57,471 nt of DNA. It comes from Candidatus Magasanikiibacteriota bacterium. Its GTDB lineage: Bacteria > Patescibacteriota > Patescibacteriia > Magasanikbacterales > UBA10003. A model generated the notes under the pieces. It searched no databases and was not told the DNA's origin. It was given only the letters and a program-made list of their open reading frames with translations. The stretch covers positions 1 to 57,471 of the forward strand of contig DAOMZV010000001.1 of assembly GCA_035400705.1 (NCBI GenBank), written 5' to 3'. The translations under genes were made by a program, and so were the position numbers. Below are positions 24,704-35,314 of this stretch, in pieces; position 1 is the first letter of the stretch, and the number at the start of each line of letters is the position of its first letter.

Positions 24704-26491
24704 TTAAAAAGAAATAACCTGTCCAGGTCTAATTTTTTGATTTTTATTTTGATGATTTTTATCTTTATTTAAATCTGTTTGGAGTGTGTTTTTCTTAGTA
24801 GTAGAGCTAATAGATTGGGGTTTCATTTTTAAAGCCTCATTTAAAGAAATCCCTGGTAAATCTGCTTTTTTAACCTCTTCGGTTTTAACTTCTTTAGGTT
24901 TGGGAACTACTTTTTCTTCTTTAGTTTGATTAAATTTTTTATTATATCCGCTGATTCCCTCTGGAGAACTCATGACTATTTTATAGCAATCAACACACAA
25001 AACTGGCCGTTTACCATCTGGCTTAAAAGGAACAGTGGTAGTTTTGTTACAGCGACTGCAAACTGCCTCAAATCTATTTTCTGAAATTTTTATTTTTTCT
25101 TTCTTAGGTTCCTCAGTTACTAATTCTCTAGTTGGTAGAGCTATCCCGTCTTCAACTTCAGGATCTCCCGAACCTTCAGCCCCTTCTAGCAAGCCGCTCC
25201 AACGCATTATTTTTTCTTCTATTTTTTCTCTATCCTCAGTAAATCTTTCTCTAGAAACTTTAATAACTTTTTCGGCATTGCCGGTTTTTTGAAATTCGCC
25301 GACAAAAGTTGAAGCACTAAAGGGCGAAGAAGTCACGCCATCAATCATTAATTTTAAATAAACATTATATTTTCCCAAATTAACCAAATCTTCGGCTAAA
25401 AATTCTGGTTCAAATTCTTTAGCTAAAAATTCCGCATCTTCCCCCCCTACTCTAAAACAAACTAGGGTGCCAACGTTACCAAAAACAGCGGCGGCCACTT
25501 CTTCTTCTAATTGTTCGATGTATTGATGAGCCAAAATCAAACTTAAACGATATTTTCTGGCTTCGGATAAAATATTAGCAAAAGATTCTGTTGCAAAATT
25601 CTGAAATTCATCAACAAACAGAAAAAAATCTTTACGTTCGATTTCTGGTATATCAACTCTTTCCATAGCTGCCAATTGGATTTTGGTGATAAGCATACCA
25701 CCAAGCAAACGCATATTTTCTTCACCAACCCTACCCTTGGATAGATTAACTAGAAAAATCTTCTGATCATCCATTAATTGACGAATATTAATAGTTGACT
25801 TAACTTGAGCGAGAATATTACGAATAATTGCCGAAGATAAAAATTGCCCAACTTTATTTTGAATAGGTGCAATAGCTTCGGTAGCAAATTTTTCTGTGTA
25901 ATGAGCAAACTCGTCGGTCCAAAAAGTTTTTACCACTGGATTTTTAATCTGAGCTACTACCCTTTTTCTAAATTCTTTATCTACTAATAAACGATTGATA
26001 CCCAACATCGTAGAACCTGGATAATCCAAAAGAGCCAAAATACAATTATTTAAAATATATTCCATTCGAGGACTCCAGACATCTGGCCAAATTTTCTTAA
26101 ATACACCCATTAAACCAGACGAAACCAAATGTTTGTGACGAGGATCAATCGCTTCCATCACATTAAAACCAATGGGGTGGTCTTGGTCAGCTGGATTAAA
26201 ATAAACTACATCATTAATACGATGATTAGGAATATAATCTAATATTTTTTCTACAAAATCACCATGTGGATCGACTAAACCGACACCGTTACCATTATAA
26301 ATATCAGAAAGAATCATTTGTTCCATCATGGTGCTTTTACCCATGCCCGTCTTACCTAATAAATACATGTGACGGCGACGATCATCTGTTTTAATACCAA
26401 AACGCCTCTTCTGACCTCGAAAATTGGTTTCGGCAAAATAAGTTATATCACTTTTATTCAAAAATGGATTTTCAATTAATTCATTGTCCAT
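24704..26491 (-). CDS. type IV coupling protein-like (TraD/TraG/VirD4-type) P-loop ATPase with a C-terminal zinc ribbon and Lys-rich tail
   Basis: Walker A LLGKTGMGKST, Walker B FFLFVDEFQNF, SEARKYRLSLILAHQYIEQL, then CSRCNKTTTVPFKPDGKRPVLCVDC. Confidence 0.7.
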   Translation of the reverse strand: MDNELIENPFLNKSDITYFAETNFRGQKRRFGIKTDDRRRHMYLLGKTGMGKSTMMEQMILSDIYNGNGVGLVDPHGDFVEKILDYIPNHRINDVVYFNPADQDHPIGFNVMEAIDPRHKHLVSSGLMGVFKKIWPDVWSPRMEYILNNCILALLDYPGSTMLGINRLLVDKEFRKRVVAQIKNPVVKTFWTDEFAHYTEKFATEAIAPIQNKVGQFLSSAIIRNILAQVKSTINIRQLMDDQKIFLVNLSKGRVGEENMRLLGGMLITKIQLAAMERVDIPEIERKDFFLFVDEFQNFATESFANILSEARKYRLSLILAHQYIEQLEEEVAAAVFGNVGTLVCFRVGGEDAEFLAKEFEPEFLAEDLVNLGKYNVYLKLMIDGVTSSPFSASTFVGEFQKTGNAEKVIKVSRERFTEDREKIEEKIMRWSGLLEGAEGSGDPEVEDGIALPTRELVTEEPKKEKIKISENRFEAVCSRCNKTTTVPFKPDGKRPVLCVDCYKIVMSSPEGISGYNKKFNQTKEEKVVPKPKEVKTEEVKKADLPGISLNEALKMKPQSISSTTKKNTLQTDLNKDKNHQNKNQKIRPGQVISF

Positions 26492-26494
26492 AAA

Positions 26495-27925
26495 CTACAT
26501 GGGTAAATTGGGTGGCGGAATGCTTTTTCTTTCAATTGCCCTGATTAAACCACCGGCGCGTTCGGTAGGCAAAGAAGCTGGGGGCTGACCTTTTTTAGCC
26601 TCAGCAGTAGCCACCATTGGAGCCTTAACAGTAAGTAAAGGAAAGTGCCAAATTGAAGCTAGTTCTTCTATATTCATTAAAAACTCGGAAGCGCCTTTCC
26701 AACGACTGCGCGCTTTGTAGGCATTAACCAATCTAGTTTGACGCCAAGCCAAACGTTCATCTTTAAATAGATAGTGAACATGAGTTCCAATTTTATGCAT
26801 TTCTGGTTTTAGACCATTAAGATTTTCTGTATTAAATTGTTTAATTGAACCGGTAAAACCATAAGCAATCCTATTTTTACTAAAAGATTCTTTTTTTGCT
26901 AGATAAATAAAACGAATTTTAGTAGCGTAACAAATTTTAGAAATTTTTTGTTCCACTTTTTCTATATCTGCTTTATATCCAGGAGGTAAATGTAACATTA
27001 ATGACGGGGCTTCGTCCTTCTTTTTTTCTTCTTGACCAAATCCTTGATAATCAGTAAAAACACTTTGTGCTGCCGTATCCATTGCTTTAGCTGGCAAGGA
27101 GCCAATCTCTGCAATCAAACCAGCTTTAGCTTTTTTAGGAGGAGCACCAGTCATTTTTTTAACTACCTCTTTGCCGTGCGCTTTCCAACCACCCTCCCAA
27201 TTAGAACCTAGGGGGGACCATTCATTATCAATTGGTTTAATTAAAATCTGCATCCCAGCAAACTCACCCTTACCCAAACGACTCAAAGTTTCCAACATCG
27301 CCGCTAAAGGATCTTTATAAACATTTTCCGCACTACTGTGTTCAAACTCGGTATAAGTTCTAATCGGATAAACTTGCTCTTTTCCAGTCATAACATATTC
27401 CGCCCCCCACAAATCATATTCTTTACTGGGAAAATGAGAGGGAAAATCTTTAGCATAATCCTCTATCTCAGTGATTTCCGCATCAGGATATTGAGCATAA
27501 ATAGCCGCTTCTATTAAATCACGATATTTTTTATTCGTGCCAATAACAAATTGGGTATAACCTTCAATACTAATAATTTCGAAACTAAACCAGGGCTGAG
27601 AATATCCGGCTAAATAAGCATCCTCAATATCAGGGTTTTTATGAGCACCTGCTAGATGAGCAAAAATTTGTTCAACGGCTTTAGGAGTTTGTTCATTTCC
27701 CTTGGGGACATCAATAGCTAAAAAAATCCATTTAAATTTGCTTAAGTAACTGCCAATTCTATTTAAAATATAAAAATCTAAAAAAAGATCATGAAAAATC
27801 AACATTAAAACAAACCAGCCACCGTGGACAAATAAGAAAAAATATACTCTGAAAGGAGGGGCATAAAGCAAAAAATTTCCCAATGCCTCCAAATAATCCC
27901 AATTAATATTAATAGCAAAAGGCAT
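26495..27925 (-). CDS. hypothetical membrane-anchored protein, operon partner of the coupling-protein-like ATPase
   Basis: 476 aa with two N-terminal TM helices and a large soluble domain. Its stop lies 3 nt before the ATPase start. No motif recognised. Confidence 0.6.
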   Translation of the reverse strand: MPFAININWDYLEALGNFLLYAPPFRVYFFLFVHGGWFVLMLIFHDLFLDFYILNRIGSYLSKFKWIFLAIDVPKGNEQTPKAVEQIFAHLAGAHKNPDIEDAYLAGYSQPWFSFEIISIEGYTQFVIGTNKKYRDLIEAAIYAQYPDAEITEIEDYAKDFPSHFPSKEYDLWGAEYVMTGKEQVYPIRTYTEFEHSSAENVYKDPLAAMLETLSRLGKGEFAGMQILIKPIDNEWSPLGSNWEGGWKAHGKEVVKKMTGAPPKKAKAGLIAEIGSLPAKAMDTAAQSVFTDYQGFGQEEKKKDEAPSLMLHLPPGYKADIEKVEQKISKICYATKIRFIYLAKKESFSKNRIAYGFTGSIKQFNTENLNGLKPEMHKIGTHVHYLFKDERLAWRQTRLVNAYKARSRWKGASEFLMNIEELASIWHFPLLTVKAPMVATAEAKKGQPPASLPTERAGGLIRAIERKSIPPPNLPM

Positions 27926-27931
27926 ATTATT

Positions 27932-28321
27932 TTAATGCCCAGAATAGGGTTTTTGAACAAACTTAACAATTAACCAATAAACTAGGGCTAAAACTGGTGC
28001 ACAAATCCACCACCAATTTTTAGGACCGGCAAAATAGCCCAACCAAAACACAAACACAAAAATTAACGTGATAACAAAAGAAACAATATCTCTAATAATT
28101 TCGTCAAATAACTTTAACTTAACAGCCTGTCCTAGATATTTACGATGTTTCCAAAAACTCCAGATAATTATAACTATAAAGACCCATTTTTTACCTAAAA
28201 TACCTGAGTAAAATCCTCCTATAAAATCCAAAAACAGCACGAATGTTAAAAGAAAAGCTGCTCCGTGCTTCATCGAAGGATTGTCGTTATAATTATACGA
28301 CATCAAAGAACCAAAATTCAT
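27932..28321 (-). CDS. small integral membrane protein
   Basis: About 4 TM helices, placed 6 nt upstream of the 476-aa gene. Start is uncertain (ATG 28321 or 28303, TTG 28348). Confidence 0.5.
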   Translation of the reverse strand: MNFGSLMSYNYNDNPSMKHGAAFLLTFVLFLDFIGGFYSGILGKKWVFIVIIIWSFWKHRKYLGQAVKLKLFDEIIRDIVSFVITLIFVFVFWLGYFAGPKNWWWICAPVLALVYWLIVKFVQKPYSGH

Positions 28322-28460
28322 AATTTCTAGGGATAAATTCAAAAACAAATTATTCGCTTTTGATAAAGCCCAACGAAATTCCTGGTTCGCTTAAAAGTTT
28401 TGTTTTGCAAAACTTAAGCCTGTCTAAGAATAAGTTTCGTTGTTAATAAACTTATTTATA

Positions 28461-29378
28461 TTATACACCTTTTTTGTGAGAAAGGCGATTCCAAGTCACC
28501 AATAAAGGGCTGGCAATAAAAATTGAGGAATAGGTACCAAAAGTAACACCGATAATTAAGGTGAGAACAAAATATTTAACTGATTCCCCACCGAAGAAAA
28601 AGGTGGCCAATAAAACTAATAACACAGTTAGAGAAGTATTTATGGAACGAGTTAAAGTTTGATTAATACTGCGATTGACAACTTCTTCAAAATTTTCCCG
28701 AGAAAATTTATACAAATTTTCTCTAATTCTATCAAATACTACAATGGTATCATGAACAGAAAAACCTAAAACAGTTAATAAAGCAGTAATAAATAATGTG
28801 TCAACTTCTATTCCCATAAAATGACCCAGAGCAGCAAAGACACCGATTGGAATGATAATATCATGAAACAGAGCTAAGACAGCGCAAACACCGTATTTCC
28901 AAGATTGAATTGATCGGGAAACTTTACGAAAAGCAAAAGCAATATAAATAATGATAGCTAATAAAACAAAGAAAACCGCCCAAAAAGATTTAGAACGCAA
29001 ATCGCTACTAACGGTTGGACCAATCATTTCAAATCTTTTTTCAATAATGGAATTGATTTCAGTACTCCCAGTTAATTCTCTTAAAGAAGATAAAACTTGT
29101 TGATGTTGAGCCTCATCAATTAATTTCATTTTGATAATTGCCCCCTGTTCTCCCACTGGAATAACACTGGGTTTACCCACTAAAGAAGCTAGTTTGTCTT
29201 CAATTTCTTGATTAGCTGGTCTTTGATCTTTAAAATTAACTTCCACTAAAGAACCGCCGGTAAAATCTAAACCTGGTTTTAATCCCCACATAATTACAAA
29301 CACCAAGCTAACTACAATCAAAATTCCAGAAAAAATCAAGAAATAATTCTTATTTTTTACAAAATTAAAATTAGTCAT
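28461..29378 (-). CDS. secF: protein translocase subunit SecF
   Basis: GLDFTGGSLVE, 6 TM helices, HDIIIPIG, and adjacency to secD. Confidence 0.9.
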   Translation of the reverse strand: MTNFNFVKNKNYFLIFSGILIVVSLVFVIMWGLKPGLDFTGGSLVEVNFKDQRPANQEIEDKLASLVGKPSVIPVGEQGAIIKMKLIDEAQHQQVLSSLRELTGSTEINSIIEKRFEMIGPTVSSDLRSKSFWAVFFVLLAIIIYIAFAFRKVSRSIQSWKYGVCAVLALFHDIIIPIGVFAALGHFMGIEVDTLFITALLTVLGFSVHDTIVVFDRIRENLYKFSRENFEEVVNRSINQTLTRSINTSLTVLLVLLATFFFGGESVKYFVLTLIIGVTFGTYSSIFIASPLLVTWNRLSHKKGV

Positions 29379-29389
29379 AGATATAAAAA

Positions 29390-31120
29390 TTATTTATTAT
29401 TTCCACCCAAAAACCAACGCTGGTGCTTAACCCAAGGACCAATAAAATGCAATAAAATTCTAGTCACGGTAATAGCGGAGAACATACTAACTAAAATACC
29501 AATAGCCAAAGTTACTGCAAAACCTTTAACCGTACTAGTACCAAACCACATTAAGATGGCGCAAGTGATTAAACTAGAAACATTAGAATCACGAATAGAT
29601 AACCAAGCTCTAGAAAAACCTTCATTTAAAGCTTGGGTGATAGACAAACCACGACGCAATTCTTCTTTAGTGCGTTCAAAAATCAAAACATTAGCATCCA
29701 CAGCCATACCAATAGAAAGAATAAAACCAGCAATACCAGCTAAGGTTAAAGTTACAGGAATCGTCTTAAAAATTGTTAAAGTGATAAAGGTATATAGAAC
29801 CAAAGCAAAAACGGCCAATAAACCGGGCAAACGATAAAATAAAATCATAAACAAAGCTACAGCCACTAAACCAATTAAACCGGCCATTAAACTTTTATCC
29901 AAAGAATCGGAACCCAAACTTGCTCCCACGGTTTGTTGACTAATCAGAGTTACTGGTACAGGCAAAGCCCCGGCGTTTAATCTTTGGGCGAGAGTCTTAG
30001 CTTCAGTTACAGAAAAGTCCCCAGAAATAACCGCTTCGCCATCAGTAATAGCTTCGTTAACAACTGGAGCACTAATCACTTGCCCATCAAGAAAAATAGC
30101 CACTTGTTTTTCAATATTACGTTGAGTGATTTCACCAAACAACTTTTTACCTTCATCATTAAAAACCAAAGACACGGTAGGCATGCCAGTGTTTGGATCA
30201 AACTGAACGGCGGCTTTTTTTAGCTCTTGCCCATCTAATCCGGTAGCTTGCCAAGCATCGGTATTGATATAATCAGCCGTACTCTTGGTGGAAATTAAAA
30301 TATGGCTAGCCTGATATTCAGTAACTTTCTTACCGTCCTTTTCCGTTTCTCTTTCTCCAGTTTTTTTAATAATATGATAACCGTATTCAGTTTTAACTAA
30401 TTTTTTAGTAATTTCGTTGACTTTCAAAATTTTAACCGCCTCATAAAATTCTGCCACCATTGATCCTTGAGAAAACCAGCCTAAATCACCGCCGTTAGCC
30501 GCGCTGGCTGTATCTTCAGAATTTTTAGAAGCTAAAGAAGCAAAGTCGGCATTGTAAGCTAAGGCCTGTCGCAATAAATTATTAGCCTTCTTTTCTGCTT
30601 CTTTATTATATTTGTCCATTTCAGTTTGTTGTTCAGCAGTTAAAGAAGTTACAGTATTTTGTTCTTTAAATTCCAAAATTGGAGTTTCACCAATCATTCT
30701 AATAGCTTCATTAACATCCTTAACACCAGCTAATTCCACTACTACTCTCCAAGAATCACCGGATTTATCAGTTTGGATGATTGGTTCAGAAACACCTAAA
30801 GAGTTAACACGGCGTTCAATAACATCTCTGACACCTTCTACCGCGTCTGCCTGACTACCATTAGCAACTTTACTAACATCAGCTTCATAAACCAAATGAG
30901 TTCCACCTTGTAAGTCTAAACCTAATCTAAAAGGACTTTTAAAAGGCAAATGACCTAAATTTATTTTAGTTTTTTCCTTAAACCAATCCGAAGAATTGTT
31001 ATAAATTTGAGGAAAAGAAAAAAGAACAGTAAAAACCAACAAAACTATCACGCCAACCGTCCCCCATTTAATGCGATTGCGTGGAATTGCGTTAGTAACG
31101 CGAAGATCACGAATGCCCAT
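29390..31120 (-). CDS. secD: protein translocase subunit SecD carrying a parvulin-like (PpiC-type) insertion in the first periplasmic domain
   Basis: SecD core LGLDLQGGTHLVY, VAIFLDGQVISAPVV, LNAGALPVPV and 6 TM helices. Inserted segment ...ADFASLASKNSEDTASAANGGDLGWFSQGSMVAEFYEAV...TEYGYHIIKK...ASHILIS. Confidence 0.85.
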   Translation of the reverse strand: MGIRDLRVTNAIPRNRIKWGTVGVIVLLVFTVLFSFPQIYNNSSDWFKEKTKINLGHLPFKSPFRLGLDLQGGTHLVYEADVSKVANGSQADAVEGVRDVIERRVNSLGVSEPIIQTDKSGDSWRVVVELAGVKDVNEAIRMIGETPILEFKEQNTVTSLTAEQQTEMDKYNKEAEKKANNLLRQALAYNADFASLASKNSEDTASAANGGDLGWFSQGSMVAEFYEAVKILKVNEITKKLVKTEYGYHIIKKTGERETEKDGKKVTEYQASHILISTKSTADYINTDAWQATGLDGQELKKAAVQFDPNTGMPTVSLVFNDEGKKLFGEITQRNIEKQVAIFLDGQVISAPVVNEAITDGEAVISGDFSVTEAKTLAQRLNAGALPVPVTLISQQTVGASLGSDSLDKSLMAGLIGLVAVALFMILFYRLPGLLAVFALVLYTFITLTIFKTIPVTLTLAGIAGFILSIGMAVDANVLIFERTKEELRRGLSITQALNEGFSRAWLSIRDSNVSSLITCAILMWFGTSTVKGFAVTLAIGILVSMFSAITVTRILLHFIGPWVKHQRWFLGGNNK

Positions 31121-31152
31121 AAATAAATTTAAATTAAATTAAAGGTGAAATA

Positions 31153-31181
31153 ATTATAAGCTATTTTTAAATTCTTGACAA
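31153..31181 (-). promoter_or_regulatory. sigma70-type promoter of secDF
   Basis: Minus strand TTGTCA (31176-31181), 17-nt spacer, TATAAT (31153-31158). Confidence 0.6.
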
Positions 31182-31302
31182 GTTGATAATTTTTAGAGAA
31201 AAATAAGATCATTTTTAAATAAAAAACTTCACATTTCTTTGGCTGTTAAACCTCTAAAAGGTGAAGTATGTGTTCTTCTCTAATTAATGCCTGATATCAT
31301 CT

Positions 31303-31331
31303 AAAAAGAGCTTTTTTAAAAGCTCTTTTTT
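31303..31331 (-). terminator. intrinsic terminator after secA (symmetric, possibly bidirectional)
   Basis: aaaaagagct-N8-agctcttttt. Confidence 0.75.
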
Positions 31332-31341
31332 ATTTTATTTT

Positions 31342-34122
31342 TTATACCCCATGGCACTTTTTAAACTTCTTTCCGCTTCCACAAGGACATAAATCATTAC
31401 GCCCGACTTTGTGGCCTAAGGCGTCTTCAGAAAATTCCTTTTTAGACGCCAAGGAATGTCCTCCAGTACCACTTTCTTTTTGCGCTCCGGACATTTGTAA
31501 ACCCTGTCTTTGCATTAAAGATGGCGCAATTTTCAAACCAGCACTAATTTTATAAACACTATAAACAACTTCTTTTTGGATCAAACTTAATAATTCGTTA
31601 AATAATCGATAGGCTTCTTTTTTATATTCTACTAAAGGATCTCTTTGGCCATATCCTCTTAAACCAATACCAGCTCGCAAATAATCTATTGCCACCAAAT
31701 GATCTACCCACAAAGTATCAATGGAACGTAATAAAATTCCTTTAGCAATTTCTAATAACAAGAGTTTTCCCCCTTCACCAGCCGAAGTTAAAATTTCTTT
31801 TTCTAATTCCTCAAAACGCTTATGAGACAAATCCACTAAAAATTCTATAATCTTAGTTCTTTCTTCTGCTTCTTGTAAACGGCCGTCGGCATTACCTCCC
31901 ATTTTTAGCAATTGCTGTTTTTCTTCTTCCTGTAAAGGAAAAATAGTGCTGGTGGTTTCAATAATTTCTGAGATATTCCAGTCTCCTCCAGAAGTGGCCC
32001 CGGTATGATAATAAACAAACTGCTCAATTTCTTTCTCTACTAATTCTAAAATTTTATTTTTTAAAGTTTGAGTCTGATCTTCAGCTGGGACAGTAACCGG
32101 ATTAGCTAATTGTTCTTTTTCTTTAGCATATTCGTCTAAAATCTCTCGTCTCTTTTTATAGATTACAGTACGATGTTTATTAATCACATCATCGTAATCG
32201 AGTAAATGTTTGCGAATATCAAAGTTATGCCCTTCAACTTTTCTTTGGGCTGATTCTAAAGATTTAGAAACCATTTTGTTTTCAATTGGCATGTCATCAG
32301 GAATTTTTAAAAATTCCATCATTTTTCTAATCTTTTCCGAACCAAAAATACGCATCAAATCATCATCCATGGAAACATAAAATTGAGAAGAACCAGGATC
32401 ACCCTGACGACCCGCGCGACCGCGCAACTGATTATCAATACGACGCGATTCGTGTCTTTCTGTACCCAACACATGTAAACCACCTAATTCGCGAACTTTT
32501 TTAGCTGTTTCTGGGTCAACTGGGGTGCCACCTAAAATAATATCCACGCCGCGACCGGCCATATTAGTAGCCAAAGTCACTGCCCCGAGTTTACCCGCTT
32601 GAGCAATAATTTCTGCTTCACTTTCATGATTTTTAGCATTTAATATTTTATGAGGTACTCCTTCTTTAGCTAATAATTCGCTCAAAATTTCATTTTTTTC
32701 AATAGAAATAGTACCAACCAAAACCGGCTGACCTTTTTCATGACGTTCTTTAATCTCTTTAACTACGGCTAAAAATTTACCTGATTCATTTTTATAAATT
32801 CTATCTGATAAATCACGACGAATCATGTCTCTATTAGTAGGAATTTCTACAACTTCTAGATTATAAATCTTAGCAAACTCTTCTGCTTCGGTAGCTGCTG
32901 TACCAGTCATGCCGGATAACTTTTCATACATTCTAAAGTAATTTTGAAAAGTAACCGTGGCCAAAGTTTGACTTTCACGTTGGATAGTTACTCCTTCTTT
33001 AGCTTCGATGGCCTGATGCAAACCTTCGGAATAACGCCGACCAAACATTAAACGACCAGTAAATTCATCAACGATGATAATTTCTCCATCCTTCACAACA
33101 TAATCTCGATCAATTTTAAATAAAGTATTAGCTTTCAGAGCTTGTTCAATGTGATGAACTGTACTTACCCCATTTTCGGCATAAATATTGTCCACCCCCA
33201 ACCAATTTTCCATTTTATTGATACCCGCCTCAGTTAAAGTAGCGGAATGCATTTTTTCATCAATATTATAATCTTCATTTTCTTTTAAACGTCTAACCAA
33301 CTCAGCAAATTTATAATATTTTTCCGTAGCTTCTTCCGCCGCTGCAGAAATAATTAATGGAGTTCTGGCTTCATCAATTAAAATAGAGTCAACTTCATCA
33401 ACAATGGCGAAATGTAAACCGCGCTGTACCATTTCTTCTAAACTAGAGGCCATGTTGTCACGAAGATAATCAAAACCAAACTCATTATTAGTACCATAGA
33501 GAATGTCGCAAGCATAGGCTTCCTTTCTATTACAAGGACGCAAATTAGAAGGTTCAACCTTAATCAACGGCGTCTGCTCCTGACCTTCTGACATTTCAAC
33601 AACGGTATTTTTTTCTTGATAACCAGGCTCGTAAATATAAGAAACATGCTGTTGCTGGATACAACCAATAGTCATACCTAGGGCATTATAAACCTGACCC
33701 ATCCACACAGCATCACGTTTAGCTAAGTAATCATTAACAGTTACTACATGGACACCCTTACCAGTCAAAGCATTAAGATACACAGCCGCTGTAGCGGTTA
33801 AAGTTTTTCCTTCACCAGTTCTCATTTCCGCAATATTTCCGTGATGTAAAAAAAATGAACCGATGAGCTGCACATCGTAGTGACGCTGTCCAATAATACG
33901 CTTGGAGATTTCACGCACAGTAGCGAAAGCTTCGGGTAAAAGATCGCCTAAAGTTTCGCCCTTGACTAAACGATCTTTAAACTCTTTAGTTTTATTTTTC
34001 AATTCTTCTAAAGATAATTTTTCCCAAGTTGGCTCTAATTCATTAATTTGATTAATGACGGGCCTGATCTTGGCCACCTCTCGTGCATTAGGATTACCAA
34101 AAATCTTACCTAAAATAGACAT
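31342..34122 (-). CDS. secA: preprotein translocase ATPase SecA
   Basis: [37 protein letters not shown], and a C-terminal zinc motif [17 protein letters not shown] at 34122 (MSILGKIFG) is preferred over the track start. Confidence 0.95.
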   Translation of the reverse strand: MSILGKIFGNPNAREVAKIRPVINQINELEPTWEKLSLEELKNKTKEFKDRLVKGETLGDLLPEAFATVREISKRIIGQRHYDVQLIGSFFLHHGNIAEMRTGEGKTLTATAAVYLNALTGKGVHVVTVNDYLAKRDAVWMGQVYNALGMTIGCIQQQHVSYIYEPGYQEKNTVVEMSEGQEQTPLIKVEPSNLRPCNRKEAYACDILYGTNNEFGFDYLRDNMASSLEEMVQRGLHFAIVDEVDSILIDEARTPLIISAAAEEATEKYYKFAELVRRLKENEDYNIDEKMHSATLTEAGINKMENWLGVDNIYAENGVSTVHHIEQALKANTLFKIDRDYVVKDGEIIIVDEFTGRLMFGRRYSEGLHQAIEAKEGVTIQRESQTLATVTFQNYFRMYEKLSGMTGTAATEAEEFAKIYNLEVVEIPTNRDMIRRDLSDRIYKNESGKFLAVVKEIKERHEKGQPVLVGTISIEKNEILSELLAKEGVPHKILNAKNHESEAEIIAQAGKLGAVTLATNMAGRGVDIILGGTPVDPETAKKVRELGGLHVLGTERHESRRIDNQLRGRAGRQGDPGSSQFYVSMDDDLMRIFGSEKIRKMMEFLKIPDDMPIENKMVSKSLESAQRKVEGHNFDIRKHLLDYDDVINKHRTVIYKKRREILDEYAKEKEQLANPVTVPAEDQTQTLKNKILELVEKEIEQFVYYHTGATSGGDWNISEIIETTSTIFPLQEEEKQQLLKMGGNADGRLQEAEERTKIIEFLVDLSHKRFEELEKEILTSAGEGGKLLLLEIAKGILLRSIDTLWVDHLVAIDYLRAGIGLRGYGQRDPLVEYKKEAYRLFNELLSLIQKEVVYSVYKISAGLKIAPSLMQRQGLQMSGAQKESGTGGHSLASKKEFSEDALGHKVGRNDLCPCGSGKKFKKCHGV

Positions 34123-34272
34123 AAAATATAATTTTAAAAGTAGAGCCATTATAGCTCAACTCTGATAAAAAAGCAACCTCCTTATAAAAGACGGCTTTGA
34201 ACCTATTAAAAAATTATTTTTGCCAAAATAAACCAAAATAGACTATAATTAAATAAACTAACAAAACTAAAT

Positions 34273-34647
34273 ATGAACAAAACAAATAAATTTATTTACT
34301 GGACTCCGAGAGCTTTATCTATATTTTTTATCCTTTTTTTAATGTTATTTTCTTTAGACATTTTTGATTTAAACTTAAATTTTTGGCAAACTATTTTGGG
34401 TTTACTGGTCCATAACATTCCAGCCTTTATTTTAATAATCATTCTTGTAATTTCTTGGAAAAAAGAGGCGGTGGGCGGAATTATTTTTACTTTATTTGGA
34501 GCGTTTTTTCTTGGTCGAATGTTAATGACAATTCTAAGCCATCCGCCTTACGAATGGCGAATACTCTTGGGAATATCACCGATTATTCTTCCGGCTATTT
34601 TGATTGGAGTTTTATTTTTAATCGGTTGGCAGAAAAAAATAAAATAA
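34273..34647 (+). CDS. integral membrane protein, unknown function
   Basis: 124 aa with 4 predicted TM helices, followed by a hairpin/T-tract at about 34663-34692. Confidence 0.5.
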   Translation: MNKTNKFIYWTPRALSIFFILFLMLFSLDIFDLNLNFWQTILGLLVHNIPAFILIIILVISWKKEAVGGIIFTLFGAFFLGRMLMTILSHPPYEWRILLGISPIILPAILIGVLFLIGWQKKIK

Positions 34648-34701
34648 TTAAACAACAAAAATCACCTTTTGACTAAAAGGTGATTTTTTATTTTTTCAAC
34701 T

Positions 34702-34956
34702 TTATTTATCTTTTTTAGATAAACGCAATAAAAAATATGACACCAAAACAATAATACCGGTAATTAAAACGGCATAAACCAACTTGGCCCATAAAGTATT
34801 TTCGTTCAGAGGGTAAAAAAACTCAATCACTGACTTAATAGCATCATTCCAAGCTAAACCAGCAACTAAACCCAAAGCGGCCACAATATAACCAATGGTT
34901 TTTTCCCTTAATTCTCGACGTAAATCATTATGTAATTCATTTTTATTAATTTCCAT
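34702..34956 (-). CDS. small membrane protein, unknown function
   Basis: 84 aa with two TM helices and a GLVAGLAWNDAIKSVI motif. Confidence 0.5.
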   Translation of the reverse strand: MEINKNELHNDLRRELREKTIGYIVAALGLVAGLAWNDAIKSVIEFFYPLNENTLWAKLVYAVLITGIIVLVSYFLLRLSKKDK

Positions 34957-34965
34957 AAAATTTTA

Positions 34966-35304
34966 TTATTTTCTAGATTGGCGCACGACCTGATCTATTT
35001 TTTTATCTTTAAATGAAACGACCTGTCTTTTAATTTCATCATAAACTAAATCTATTGCACTATATAAATCGCTATTAGATTCTTCGGCTCTAAGTAAATT
35101 TCCTGGAACTTTTAAATTAACTTCGGCTTTAAAAATATTACCTTTATTATGATGGTTAGTTGAACGACCAACTTCTACTCTAGCTTCTACCGCCCCATTG
35201 TCCACTCTCTGGAGATATTTTTCTAAACCACTAATTTTGCTATTAACATAATCGTTAATAGCTTGGGTCATTTCAATACCTGTTGCTTTAATAATAATTT
35301 GCAT
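34966..35304 (-). CDS. hpf: ribosome hibernation promoting factor / RaiA family
   Basis: MQIIIKATGIEMTQAINDYV..K...LEKY...VEVG....HH.KGNIFKAEVNL.VPG..LRAEE...DLYSAIDLV. Confidence 0.8.
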   Translation of the reverse strand: MQIIIKATGIEMTQAINDYVNSKISGLEKYLQRVDNGAVEARVEVGRSTNHHNKGNIFKAEVNLKVPGNLLRAEESNSDLYSAIDLVYDEIKRQVVSFKDKKIDQVVRQSRK

Positions 35305-35314
35305 AAAGATTAAA

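Noticed and set aside
29556-30854. Plus-strand ORFs of 79-93 aa inside secD, and similar antisense or overlapping ORFs across the window. Examples are 966-1341, 3343-3525, 10106-10297, 13361-13812, 13861-14079, 15168-15350, 17282-17506, 19586-19908, 25035-25292, 25543-25728, 36754-37398, 38585-38773, 39619-39864, 42076-42925, 43063-43842, 45448-45669, 46741-46929, 47517-47738, 48521-48925, 54054-54239, 55671-55883 and 56751-56936.
   Set aside because: All lie within or antisense to genes with strong family signatures. Their translations are low-complexity (Ser/Leu/Phe/Lys/Ile-rich), typical of AT-rich antisense frames, and they lack RBS or promoter signals.
31200-31300. A second hairpin (cttcac-N28-gtgaag plus T6 on the minus strand) between the secA terminator and the secD promoter, as a possible small RNA.
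   Set aside because: The stem is short (6 bp) with a large loop and there is no promoter of its own. It is most simply a back-up terminator for secA. There is not enough evidence to annotate it.
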